The notes below the pieces were generated by a model, which made no database searches, was not told where the DNA came from, and saw only the letters and a list, made by a program, of their open reading frames with translations. The position numbers and the translations under genes were made by a program. Positions 52,804 to 62,169 of a stretch of 64,000 nucleotides of DNA are shown here, in pieces. Source of the stretch: a virus (lineage: Duplodnaviria > Heunggongvirae > Uroviricota > Caudoviricetes); the IMG/VR virus record IMGVR_UViG_3300021066_000001; one strand, 5' to 3'. Every line of letters begins with the position of its first letter. The first letter of the stretch is position 1.

Positions 52804-52866
52804 ACTGCGTAGGTACCTTCAAATCCGCCGCCCCATGTGGGCGGTCGACCTTTTACAACTACCTAC

Positions 52867-52940
52867 TGGAGCGGGTGAAGGGAATCGAACCCTCGTCTCA
52901 ACCTTGGCAAGGTTGCATGCTACCATTGTACCACACCCGC
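52867..52940 (-). tRNA. tRNA-Gly(GCC)
   Basis: canonical cloverleaf. Confidence 0.92.
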
Positions 52941-53059
52941 AAAATGTCGGTTACAGCGTCCGACGGTCGTTTGTGCTTAGGTGGAGAAACGACTGATTTT
53001 TCAGATTGTGCTAGCGATCCACCGCTAGTTAGCTTTGCACCTCGGGGAAGGTGCTGAGC

Positions 53060-53137
53060 TGGTTGCGTGAGGTTGGATTCGAACCAACGACCTTTGGCTT
53101 ATGAGGCCAACGAGCTACCGGGCTGCTCCACTCCGCT
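53060..53137 (-). tRNA. initiator-like tRNA-Met(CAT)
   Basis: A1:A72 mismatch, A11-U24, loop CU-CAU-AA. Confidence 0.85.
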
Positions 53138-53231
53138 ATCGCTTGAGGCTATTTATAAGCCGCAATGGAAGCATCATAACACGGTCCAGTCAGAAAGTAA
53201 ACACCTTTTGCGGACGTGTAGTCCAGAAGAA

Positions 53232-53654
53232 CTAGTCGACGAGCCGCAGGTCGAAGTTAACGAAGTCCTTACCTTGCATGCCCGACTCGGAGTAGCTGAT
53301 CTTGGTGATCAGCTTGATCGGCTTGAGGAGCTTGCGGATCTCGTTCTCGAGGCCTTCGTCGGTGTACAGGTCACCGATGAAATCTAGCCTGTAGATGTGA
53401 TTCTTAGCCTCAAGCGCGAGGTAGACGTTCAGCGAGGCGAAGTGAGCCAGGCTGTCGTGGTCGTACGTGATCGTTCGCGTGTTCGTGATCACAAACTTAA
53501 CTGGCCCGTCGTGCTTGGCGTAGAGACCTGGCTTGCCACCGAAGGCCTTGACGGTCTTCCCGACTAGCGCGGCCTTGACCTTCTTGGCGAGGTCTGAGTC
53601 GTCAGATGAGGTCTTAGCTTCAACGACGCTAAGCAGGGTTTCAAGAATCTTCAT
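53232..53654 (-). CDS. protein with CTS-like N-terminus (MKILETLL..VE)
   Basis: TAAATA at 53660. Confidence 0.65.
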   Translation of the reverse strand: MKILETLLSVVEAKTSSDDSDLAKKVKAALVGKTVKAFGGKPGLYAKHDGPVKFVITNTRTITYDHDSLAHFASLNVYLALEAKNHIYRLDFIGDLYTDEGLENEIRKLLKPIKLITKISYSESGMQGKDFVNFDLRLVD

Positions 53655-53791
53655 GAGGCTATTTACCTAGCCGAGTCGGGCGTTCATGTATTCTAGCATC
53701 TTGATCGCTAGCTCGTGTGGCACCTTGCAATGCTTGATCATGTTAGTGACGAGGTCGATCTTATCCTTCTTATGAATGTCGACGTACTACG

Positions 53792-54382
53792 CTAGATCGG
53801 GTGCACGTTCTTCTCAATCCACGTCATCGCGTTCCGCCACCCGTGAGCGTTCGCCTTAGCATCGTTGAGAGCGTGGTGGATCGGAAGCTTGTTCTCGACG
53901 AAGTAGCTCATTAGGCCCTGGCCGAAGGCCTCGGCCGCACCCTCGCACTTCTGATTCATGTTCGGCACCGCGAGCTGACTGCACCGGATCACGACGCGAT
54001 GGAGCAGATCATTGTTGATCAGAGTGAACGCCTTGTTAACCTTGGGCAGGAGGCTCAGGTCAGTTTGAAGCAGGTCGAGCATCAGCTCCCAGTCGGTCGC
54101 ATAGTCAACCGTGACGTAGAGCTTCTCGTCCCCAGGCAATCCTTGAGCGAGCTCACCCAGCCAGAGGCCGAACTCGAGCGAGGCTTGCATGTACGTCTTG
54201 CCGTGCTTTGGGAGATCGAGGAGGGGCTCGACGACCTCTCTGACGAAGCTCGATGAGAGCCGGCGATCGTAGTCGCTGATCTCAACGTAGTACTCGTTCA
54301 TGAGGTCCTCGGTCACCGCTCCGAGCGAGATGAGATGGGGATCTAGAAAATCTGAGAACTCCGTGTCTATGAAAAGTTTCAC
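53792..54382 (-). CDS. DEDDh 3'-5' exo(ribo)nuclease (Rv2179c-like)
   Basis: FIDTEF, LISLGAV, DW, HHALNDA. Confidence 0.8.
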   Translation of the reverse strand: MKLFIDTEFSDFLDPHLISLGAVTEDLMNEYYVEISDYDRRLSSSFVREVVEPLLDLPKHGKTYMQASLEFGLWLGELAQGLPGDEKLYVTVDYATDWELMLDLLQTDLSLLPKVNKAFTLINNDLLHRVVIRCSQLAVPNMNQKCEGAAEAFGQGLMSYFVENKLPIHHALNDAKANAHGWRNAMTWIEKNVHPI

Positions 54383-54424
54383 CTCGTGATCATAACACAA
54401 GATCTGACACGCTTAAATATTGTC

Positions 54425-55207
54425 ATGCTTCTCAATGAGCTCATCGGCGTCAAGCGCTTCCACGGAAAGAGCACGGGCGATCTCATCAAGATGGCGAGAC
54501 GCTTCGGGATCAAGTTCGTCGGGAGCGGAGAGTATGGACAGGTCTTCACTCACGACAGGTGGCCTTACGTGATCAAGATCATCGAGAACGATCCGGCCTA
54601 TCTTGACTTTATTGATTTCGTCATCAAGCATCCTAGCAAGCACTACCCGAAAATTGTCAAGCGGCCGTTGAAGCTTCACAAGTTTCACACTCGCGAGGAC
54701 TCAGGCAAGGACTTTCTATGGGTAATCAAGGTCGAGAAGCTCAAAGAGCTTCACGCCGAGATCGCTCGCTTCATCGCGGACTATCTCGAGAACGCGTCTA
54801 GCTTGCTCAACCGCATGGAGCACGGCAAAGATGAGCTAGATCGTGAAGCTCCGAAGATCGAGTACCGCATGCCTGACGGATCTGTCATGAAGATCCAGCA
54901 GCGAGAGCTGTTCGACCGGGTACCTTGGTTTAAGTCGCTCTGCAAGGCGTACATGGAGATCAGCCTCCACGTCGATTGGTCGCCTGACATCAAGGAGGAT
55001 AACTTCATGATGCGAGATGACGGCACGATCGTGATCATCGACCCGGTCTGGGTCGGCGAAACTCCGCAGCAAGTACATGACCGCTTCATGCGCGCGGAGC
55101 TTGATCTTGATGACTTTCCTGAGTTTACCTCTGGTCCCAGCTACAAGAGAAAGCAACGTCAGGCTCCTCGGCGTGAGGAGCCTGAACTTGAGGACATTCC
55201 GTTCTGA
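54425..55207 (+). CDS. protein kinase-like enzyme with CTS-like N-terminus (MLLNEL)
   Basis: GSGEYGQVF, VIK, DIKEDNFM, IIDP; TAAATA at 54414. Confidence 0.75.
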   Translation: MLLNELIGVKRFHGKSTGDLIKMARRFGIKFVGSGEYGQVFTHDRWPYVIKIIENDPAYLDFIDFVIKHPSKHYPKIVKRPLKLHKFHTREDSGKDFLWVIKVEKLKELHAEIARFIADYLENASSLLNRMEHGKDELDREAPKIEYRMPDGSVMKIQQRELFDRVPWFKSLCKAYMEISLHVDWSPDIKEDNFMMRDDGTIVIIDPVWVGETPQQVHDRFMRAELDLDDFPEFTSGPSYKRKQRQAPRREEPELEDIPF

Positions 55208-55220
55208 GGTAGGTGGTTAC

Positions 55221-55964
55221 CTATTTCGGTAGCTCTAATTGCTCGCACAGGTAAGCGTGCAATCGCCTGGTGACCTTGGCCAGGTGTTTCCTCTTGATCT
55301 TGAACGAGGTGGACTCGAAGCCACCGAACATCTCGGCGTTCGCGTGGATCTCGGCCCAAGCCGTCAGGAGGAGCGTCGGCGCCAGCGGATGCTTGCAAAA
55401 CTCGGTGATCTCCTCGCCGCGACAAGTGTGCGCCCACATGTCGAGCTTGATGAGCTGCTCGGTCATGAGCAGCAATCCAGAGTCCTTAGTCGCGTCGAAC
55501 TCCCGATTCTCGATAAACAGCTCTCGGAACACCCGAGCCGATTCGGCGGCGTGGTTCGGAAAGTGCTTCTTCCCATCAGCGTCGATCGTTAGACAGTAGG
55601 GCTTGCCGCAATCATGGAAGATGTGGTACGTGCGCACGTCCTTGGGCGGGAGGGCCACCCGGTAGAGAACGGGAGTCTCGAGAAGTGACTCCTCGGGAAT
55701 GTCCCACTTGTAGACGGTCTTTCCTGTCTCGAGGTACTCGTAGAGGTCACGATAGCGGTTGGCCACGTCGAGGCCGTGCTGGTAGATCGAGAGGCCGCGG
55801 GCCTGCTCGCACGTCTTCATCTGCTCGATCAGCTGATCGAGGGAAACCTACGGCGGAACTTCACACTCACACGGTTGCATGTAGCACTCCTGGCAAAGGT
55901 TAGGGTTGCACTGCTTGCAGTAACCTAGAAAGTCGTCGTGAGGACAACGCGAGAAGTCACCCAT
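55221..55964 (-). CDS. Cys-rich leader fused through an in-frame TAG (55848-55850) to an HD-like domain
   Basis: 38 codons, TAG, then 9 open codons in frame with the 55221-55820 ORF; HDCGKP, HFPNHA, DMWAH. Confidence 0.65.
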
Positions 55965-56220
55965 GGCTCCCCCAGAAGTACCACTCGATGATGTCATCGA
56001 CGCCGTACGAGCACTCCTGGTGCTCGTACTCGTTGCAGCCCATGATGTAGCGGCTGAACTTAACGTTGACTAGCCCTCCGTCAAAGTCGACCTGTGAGGG
56101 CTCGCCCTCGAAGGGGCGATGCCAGACGTCAGCCGGCTTGTGCTCTCTCGCGTACGCCTTCACGATCTCCTTGAGCTCGCATGCGAGCTCAAAGCCGAAC
56201 TTGAGCTCCAGCTCGGTCAT
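55957..56220 (-). CDS. hypothetical protein
   Basis: SD AAGGAG before ATG 56220. Confidence 0.6.
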   Translation of the reverse strand: MTELELKFGFELACELKEIVKAYAREHKPADVWHRPFEGEPSQVDFDGGLVNVKFSRYIMGCNEYEHQECSYGVDDIIEWYFWGSHG

Positions 56221-56224
56221 CTCC

Positions 56225-56371
56225 TTACGCATCGAGCTTCTCCCTCTTGACCTCGTCGGCGAGCTCTCGCGCCCACTTGACGTAGTGATCACTGGTTTGG
56301 TCCGAGTCCTCCTCTCGCTGAGCTGCGTACTCGAGAAACTCGACGAGCTTATCCTTGAGCTGCTGGTTCAT
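56225..56371 (-). CDS. 48-aa hypothetical protein
   Basis: ATGA coupling with pth2-like gene. Confidence 0.5.
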   Translation of the reverse strand: MNQQLKDKLVEFLEYAAQREEDSDQTSDHYVKWARELADEVKREKLDA

Positions 56372-56706
56372 GACTTCCTCCAGAGGTTGAACTGCTTGAA
56401 GAGGTGACGCTGATCTTCCGGAATCGGTTGCGTCGCGAACGACGTGAGGCCCCAGTTCTTGTACGGCTCGTGGAACTCGTACGTCTTGAGCCCGTGAGAG
56501 CGCGTCAAGTCGAGAGCAGCTTCGAGCTCTTGCTTGTCCTTTGTGTCCAGGAAGATGATGCTGGGATGACCGTCGGGCGACGGGCCGTGCTTGATGCCGA
56601 GCTCGAGGAGAGCATGTCCGGCTTGGAGCGCCTGCTGGGCGATCGGGAGATCACCGCGGAGGAAGCAGTACGTCCAGTGCTTTTGTTCGGAAACCTAGGA
56701 CTTCAT
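56368..56706 (-). CDS. peptidyl-tRNA hydrolase 2-like protein with in-frame TAG at codon 4
   Basis: YCFLRGDLP..QQALQAGHA, IIFL, YEFHEP...GLTSFATQP; ATG AAG TCC TAG GTT TCC. Confidence 0.75.
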
Positions 56707-56826
56707 AACGTTCTCCACTTGGTTCGTTGAAAAATCGTCTCGATGGCTGGCGATCCCACCCGGGACCCCAGGATTCGCACTACGGTAGAAGATATTTAAT
56801 CACAGATCGCGCGAAAAGTAAACTAC

Positions 56827-59040
56827 TTACGCGGCGATCTTCACTCGCTTAGACGCCGGCGCCTTCTTGGCCGGCGCGTCGAGGGACATCAGCCCCGCGA
56901 TCGTGACGTAATCCGTCGTCAGGTCCTCGGCCTTGAACTTCGTGTCTGCGCGAGCCTCGTCTTGCACCACCTCGCCGCGCACCTCGGCGTGCATGCGCAG
57001 CAGGTCGGCGACCGAGATCGCAGGACGACCCACCAGCTTGCGGATCGCCTCCGCGGCCTTGCTCGCGGTGTTCTCAACGACCGCCAGGTAGCGATCCGCC
57101 TCCATGTCCGCCCAGATCATGCAGCGCTCCTGGAGATCGAGAATGCACGCCAGGACCGTGGTGCCCTGGTTGATCAGGGGCATCGCGTTGGTCACGGTGC
57201 GCGCCTCGAAGATCTCGTTCGAGCGCTGGTGCTCGCGCTCCATCATCCCGAAGCGGCACTCTGGCACCGTGTGCATCGGACGACCGTTGAAGTTGTAGCA
57301 GTGCACCATCACGTAGCGGACGCCGCGCTGGCGAGCCTTCTCGATGTTGACGTCGATGTACTCCGCGCACGAGCCGACCCGGTGACGGATGTCGCCCGAG
57401 TGCACCGCCCACGCCCCCTCGCGCAGGTTCGTGAAGCTGACGTGCCCCATCGCCTCCAGGCTGTGGCCGTGGAACGAGAAGCTCAGGTCGATGTCTTGAG
57501 TCCCGTCCTCGTCGTACCAGTGCACGAACGCGCGAACCACCTTCGCGTCCCCGCGGAACGGCAGACGGGTGCCGCGAACGTACGTCTTGAGACCGGTGTT
57601 CATGTCACGCATCGACGCTGGCAGCGGCAGGGTCGCCAGCTGCGGGTCGATCCAAACGTTACCCAGGCTCGGCAGCTTCGCGTCCTTGATCTTGCCCTTG
57701 AGGGCCTTAGCGATCGTCCGCGTCGCGAGCTGCACGACGTCGGTCGGGAGCGCCGGGAGGGTCGGAAGGGTCTTAAACTTCGCGCCGCGACCCTTGAGCA
57801 TGACCGTCCGCGCCGCGCCCGGAGTCTCACGATTGACCAGGTGAGTCCACAGCTCGAACAGCACCTTCGAGCTGATTCGCGGCGCGATCTCGGTGAAAAC
57901 GTCCATGACCGCTTCGGCGTCATGGGTGCGGAGCAGCCAATCCAGGCGGCGAGCGAACTCGCCCGGCCGGGTCGTCAAAACCTTCAAACCAGCCCTCGCG
58001 CTCGCGGCGAAAGCGAGGTTGACCTGCGCGTCGAACGTGCGGACTCGAGTGTCTGGTCCCTCCTGGTTACGAAGGGTCTTGAACGCCGCGTGGGCGCGTG
58101 GGAACTTTCCGGCAAACTCGCCCGGGTGGAGGATCTCACCCAGACGGAGCCAGCGGCCGAGGTAGCGTTGCATCTCGGCGACGTCGGCGACGCGGTCAAG
58201 CATCTCGAGCAGCAGGCGTCGCTGCGGTCGCTTGAACTTCCTGAACTTGAACGCTTCGCGCGCGGCGGCCGCGGCTCTCTCGGCGCTCTCTCGATAGTAG
58301 GTCTCCCAATAGCGAGCGGAGGAGTAGCGGCCACCGGTCGGCGCCTTCACCTTCGCCGACGGGATGCCCGGCAGCGAGATGTCACCGCCAGACAGGTGAA
58401 CCGCGATGCGGAGCACGTCGGTCGGAGTCTTCACCGGAACGTTGAGACCCTTCGCAGCGAGCAGGCACAGGGTCTCCTTGAACGGGATCGTCTCTGGCAG
58501 GGTGAGCTTCAGCCCCGAGTCGATGAACCACTCGACGATCTTGCGGTCTTGAGGAGTGAGCGCTTGGCCGATCGCCACCATCTGGGTGAAGAGGTTGAGA
58601 AAACCGGCCTCGTCGATCGGCTTCAGCAGCTTGAACTCGGTGCTCTCGAACTTGACGCCGCGCTCAGCTAGCTCGTGCGGCGGCTCCCACTGGCCGTTTG
58701 ACCAATAGTGAGTGATCGCGTTGATGAACAGATCGACGTGTGACAGGTCCATGACCTGCTGGGGGAAGTTGCGATACATCGCACGGTAGTCGCGCTTCGC
58801 CCCGACCGCCTCCTTGAGGTACGGGATCGCCTCGTCGTAGAACTCCTTGACCCACTCGGCCGGCGCCGAGAGGGCGAGGGCGTACGCCTCGCGGCTCAGC
58901 ATGTAGCCGAGCTGCATCAGCGACGCTTGGAGGGAGGCCGCGTATACGTCCTCGCGCAACTGCATCTTGAGGCCAGATCCCCGCGGGATCACGACCAGGC
59001 CCTTGGACAGGGCGACGATGTTCTTCGAGAGCTGTGTCAC
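56827..59040 (-). CDS. large helical protein with C-terminal TerD-like domain
   Basis: DIDLS...HSGDI...AEYIDV; SD GGAGG before GTG 59040. Confidence 0.6.
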   Translation of the reverse strand: MTQLSKNIVALSKGLVVIPRGSGLKMQLREDVYAASLQASLMQLGYMLSREAYALALSAPAEWVKEFYDEAIPYLKEAVGAKRDYRAMYRNFPQQVMDLSHVDLFINAITHYWSNGQWEPPHELAERGVKFESTEFKLLKPIDEAGFLNLFTQMVAIGQALTPQDRKIVEWFIDSGLKLTLPETIPFKETLCLLAAKGLNVPVKTPTDVLRIAVHLSGGDISLPGIPSAKVKAPTGGRYSSARYWETYYRESAERAAAAAREAFKFRKFKRPQRRLLLEMLDRVADVAEMQRYLGRWLRLGEILHPGEFAGKFPRAHAAFKTLRNQEGPDTRVRTFDAQVNLAFAASARAGLKVLTTRPGEFARRLDWLLRTHDAEAVMDVFTEIAPRISSKVLFELWTHLVNRETPGAARTVMLKGRGAKFKTLPTLPALPTDVVQLATRTIAKALKGKIKDAKLPSLGNVWIDPQLATLPLPASMRDMNTGLKTYVRGTRLPFRGDAKVVRAFVHWYDEDGTQDIDLSFSFHGHSLEAMGHVSFTNLREGAWAVHSGDIRHRVGSCAEYIDVNIEKARQRGVRYVMVHCYNFNGRPMHTVPECRFGMMEREHQRSNEIFEARTVTNAMPLINQGTTVLACILDLQERCMIWADMEADRYLAVVENTASKAAEAIRKLVGRPAISVADLLRMHAEVRGEVVQDEARADTKFKAEDLTTDYVTIAGLMSLDAPAKKAPASKRVKIAA

Positions 59041-59099
59041 GGTGCCTCCGTGGAGAATTGTTTGCAACGGAAGATTAGGCCAAGTGTTCGCATGAAGGA

Positions 59100-59263
59100 T
59101 GGGAGTAACCCGACCTATAGCCGTTGCAGGAGCGCCGCGAGGGAGTCGAACCCTCGATCACCGGGCGACGCTAAAGCGATGGAGATCTGACCAAGTGATT
59201 GGTAGCGGCTAGCCCCGAGGGGCGTCGCCGCTGGCATGTGTGGGAGTAACCCGACCAATAGCC
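59100..59263 (-). repeat. 23-nt direct repeats (59100-59122, 59241-59263) flanking hairpins and a tRNA minihelix
   Basis: GGCTAT(A/T)GGTCGGGTTACTCCCA twice. Confidence 0.8.
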
Positions 59264-59363
59264 ACCGCGAGGAAGAATATATCACAGCTCTTTTCAAAGG
59301 TAAACTACTTTTTGAAGAGCTAGTTCGGAATTCCTAACGCGCTACGGAGAGCGTTCTCACCAC

Positions 59364-59993
59364 TCATCTCCAAGCCCCTCTCAATCCAGCGACGATCGTG
59401 TGTAACATCTGAGGCGTCACTCCGAGAGGCGGGACAGGCTCGCCGACAACTACGCGCACGCGCGGCCAGATTCGCGTCCACCACCGGTACTTCTCGGGAT
59501 TGCGCGCGAACAGGCTGCGCCACAGACCCGAGAGCGCCATCGGCACGACGTAGACCGGGTAGCGCTCGAGAATTCTCATCACCCCGCCACGAAACTCGAG
59601 GATGTCACCGGTGTTGGTCAAGCGCCCCTCTGGGAAGATCCCGACTAGCTCTCCCTTGTCCAAGGCTCTAGCGATGCGGTCGTAAGCTCTCTCTAGGGTC
59701 TCTCGGTCCTCGCGCTCAGGCGCGATCGGGATCGCACGCAACAGCTTGAAGAGCCAGCTCATCACTGGGGTGCGGTAGATGCGATGGTCCATCACCCAGC
59801 GGATCGGACGCGGACAAGCGGCCGTGATCACGAGAGCATCGAGAAACGAGACGTGGTTGCAAACGATGACCCCCGGGCCACGCTTCGGGATGTTCTCAAC
59901 TCCAACCTTGGTAAGACGATAGACGACGTGCATCAACACCCAGACGACGCATCTCAGGAGAAACCCGACGAGGTACTCGCGCCCGTATCTCAC
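59364..59993 (-). CDS. lysophospholipid acyltransferase (PlsC-like)
   Basis: NHVSFLD, FPEGRLT motifs. Confidence 0.85.
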   Translation of the reverse strand: MRYGREYLVGFLLRCVVWVLMHVVYRLTKVGVENIPKRGPGVIVCNHVSFLDALVITAACPRPIRWVMDHRIYRTPVMSWLFKLLRAIPIAPEREDRETLERAYDRIARALDKGELVGIFPEGRLTNTGDILEFRGGVMRILERYPVYVVPMALSGLWRSLFARNPEKYRWWTRIWPRVRVVVGEPVPPLGVTPQMLHTIVAGLRGAWR

Positions 59994-60265
59994 CGCCGGA
60001 TGATGATCCCCTCGAGCGGACGATACAGCGCGTTCTTAGCTACGAGATATCGGCGCCAAGGAAAGATGTGTTGGTTGGCGCACTTGATGAGGGGCTCGCT
60101 CGTCTTGCCAGCGCGATACCACGCCTCACCGTCCCAATAATCGACGGTGACTCCCAGCTTCGTTCGGCGCTCGTAGAGCCCGGCCGCGCTTGGGAGAGTC
60201 GACGGATCTCTCCAGTCGAAGACGGTGAGAATCTTTTCCTCGGCGAGAGTCTTCATATCGTGCAC
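59990..60265 (-). CDS. hypothetical protein
   Basis: ORF after early promoter. Confidence 0.55.
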   Translation of the reverse strand: MHDMKTLAEEKILTVFDWRDPSTLPSAAGLYERRTKLGVTVDYWDGEAWYRAGKTSEPLIKCANQHIFPWRRYLVAKNALYRPLEGIIIRR

Positions 60266-60292
60266 TATATCATCTAATCGTCGTGAAGTAAA

Positions 60293-60517
60293 TCAGGGAG
60301 CCTTTGGAGTCTCGGGGCTCTTCTCTTTGTCTCGTTGGCGCTCTAGCACCTTTGCTTCGACCTTGTCGACGAGCTTGCGCAGGATCACGTTGATCTGGCG
60401 ATCGATGCTGAGATCCCTCTGAAACTTCGCGCTGAGCTCCTGGTTCGTCGAGCGCGCGAGAGCGTTCTTGTCGTCCTCCGAGAGGACTAACGGCGGCTTG
60501 AGGACAGAGAACGGCAT
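60293..60517 (-). CDS. hypothetical protein
   Basis: ORF. Confidence 0.5.
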   Translation of the reverse strand: MPFSVLKPPLVLSEDDKNALARSTNQELSAKFQRDLSIDRQINVILRKLVDKVEAKVLERQRDKEKSPETPKAP

Positions 60518-61155
60518 GATTGGTTAAACTCCTGAGTGAGCTCTTGCAGTTGGCCATGAAAGCGTGCGCCGACTTGACTCCACTCCACGCACGGGGGTTG
60601 GTGAACAGCGGCTAGCACGTGATTCATGCGCCGCCAGTTGGTGATCCGTCCTTGCTTTGCGATCTGAACCCCAAACTCGAGAGTGCGTAGCGCGTGAAAG
60701 ACGCACTTCAACGAGCTACGGCGATCGATCCAGAATCGCTTCTCAGCCTTCTTCCACGTGCTCTGGACGTTCTTCGTGAACGCGTGATGAAACTTGTGAA
60801 AATTTCCTGCCCCTCCGTGGTCGATCTGCCACCAGCAGATCTTGTCCGGGTGCGGTCCCTGGAGAACGAACTCGCTCGGGAGCATCCAGAGCTCGACCGC
60901 GATCGGCTCATGCGAGTAGAGAGCAGCTTGAAACTGAGCCGCGGCGTAGACATGGAGGTTGATCGTGCGCTGGTTGAGCTGCGCGGCTCGCTTGTTCAAG
61001 CTCTTGCCGAAGTTACGAGAGCCCTTGTAGAGGATCATGAAGTCATGATCCGAGAAGCGATCGTCGGTGCCGTAGACGCGCGACCCGAACAGAGCGACGG
61101 TACACTCATCTCCGAACGCCGTGCGCACTCGCTTGACGAGGTCGTGGTCGATCAA
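60487..61155 (-). CDS. Pol-beta-like nucleotidyltransferase
   Basis: LFGSRVYGT....SDHDF. Confidence 0.75.
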   Translation of the reverse strand: MIDHDLVKRVRTAFGDECTVALFGSRVYGTDDRFSDHDFMILYKGSRNFGKSLNKRAAQLNQRTINLHVYAAAQFQAALYSHEPIAVELWMLPSEFVLQGPHPDKICWWQIDHGGAGNFHKFHHAFTKNVQSTWKKAEKRFWIDRRSSLKCVFHALRTLEFGVQIAKQGRITNWRRMNHVLAAVHQPPCVEWSQVGARFHGQLQELTQEFNQSCRSLSSSRR

Positions 61156-61189
61156 TCTTCCTCCGAGCGCCCCTCATCGATCGGCCAGC

Positions 61190-61492
61190 TCATCCGCGCT
61201 TTCCCCAGTCGAAGTCGCGCACGTAGACCCGTCCCGGCCCGTTGGCGTACCAGACAACGTAGGCCGCCCGCTCCTCCATGTCGCCCTCGTCCAGAATCCC
61301 GAGCAGCTTGAGCTGTTGATACTGGTTCGTCAGGTCGGCCAAGCTCGCGAACTCTTGAGAGTAGCCATTCATCGAGTCTTGATAGCAACCCTTGAGCATG
61401 ATCTCGTGAAGCTTGTTGAAGACGTCTCCGCGGTCATGAGGGATGTACTTGAAGCCGATAAAACCTTTCTTCTTCCAGGGCCACTCTCTCAC
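61190..61492 (-). CDS. hypothetical protein
   Basis: coupled ORF. Confidence 0.55.
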   Translation of the reverse strand: MREWPWKKKGFIGFKYIPHDRGDVFNKLHEIMLKGCYQDSMNGYSQEFASLADLTNQYQQLKLLGILDEGDMEERAAYVVWYANGPGRVYVRDFDWGKRG

Positions 61493-61752
61493 CTTAACTC
61501 CTTTCGAGCGTCAATCCACGCTTGAAGCTCACGCTTGGCGATCTCCAGGTCGAAGTAATAGCGCGGAAATCCCTCTTGCGCGTCGAGCGGGGCGTCTGTC
61601 TTGGCGAGATAACGTCCACGGTCACAATAGACTGGGCGAGTCTCGATCCAGAGGTTCCAGTTGATCTTGAGTTGGCCGTGAAGATTCCACTGCGGAAGGT
61701 TTTCCGCGTTGTAGACCCCCGAAAATTTCCTGTCTTCAACCCAAACGATCAT
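61489..61752 (-). CDS. hypothetical protein
   Basis: coupled ORF. Confidence 0.55.
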   Translation of the reverse strand: MIVWVEDRKFSGVYNAENLPQWNLHGQLKINWNLWIETRPVYCDRGRYLAKTDAPLDAQEGFPRYYFDLEIAKRELQAWIDARKELR

Positions 61753-62123
61753 TTGGCCTCCGACGCGTAGCGCATGATGACCTCGCTGCTCAGCTTGTAG
61801 CAGAGAACGGCGAGCTGGTCGTAGTGCTTGAGGGTGAGGTCGACGATCTGATCGATCTGCTCTCGCGTCGCCATGACCTGCACCGGAATCATCCGCTCCT
61901 TGAAGAGCTCACCGTTCGGAGCGACCCACTGCCCCCTCGCGGGTGACATGATCGTCAAGCCCCCGGTGATCTCACGCACCTTCGCGTCCCACGTGCGATG
62001 ATACCGCACGGAGTAGTGCTGACGCTTGCCCACCGGGCGTCGGATCTCGGTCGGCACCAGGACCACCCACATCGCGACGGTCGGAGTCACCGAACCACCA
62101 GCTTCAGCCTCGGGGTCCACCAC
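61749..62123 (-). CDS. hypothetical protein
   Basis: coupled ORF. Confidence 0.6.
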   Translation of the reverse strand: MVDPEAEAGGSVTPTVAMWVVLVPTEIRRPVGKRQHYSVRYHRTWDAKVREITGGLTIMSPARGQWVAPNGELFKERMIPVQVMATREQIDQIVDLTLKHYDQLAVLCYKLSSEVIMRYASEAK

Positions 62124-62169
62124 TCACCGCGGCCCCATCGATAGCTGTAGAGCAGCTTGTAACGTGGCT

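Noticed and set aside
53663-53790. Third TAG-readthrough gene (YVDIHKK...RLG)
   Set aside because: No start codon precedes that TAG in frame, and the context is not TAGGTTTCC.
59100-59263. CRISPR array
   Set aside because: Only two repeats 141 nt apart and no cas genes; the 60-nt periodicity at 7.9-10.2 kb is a coding repeat.
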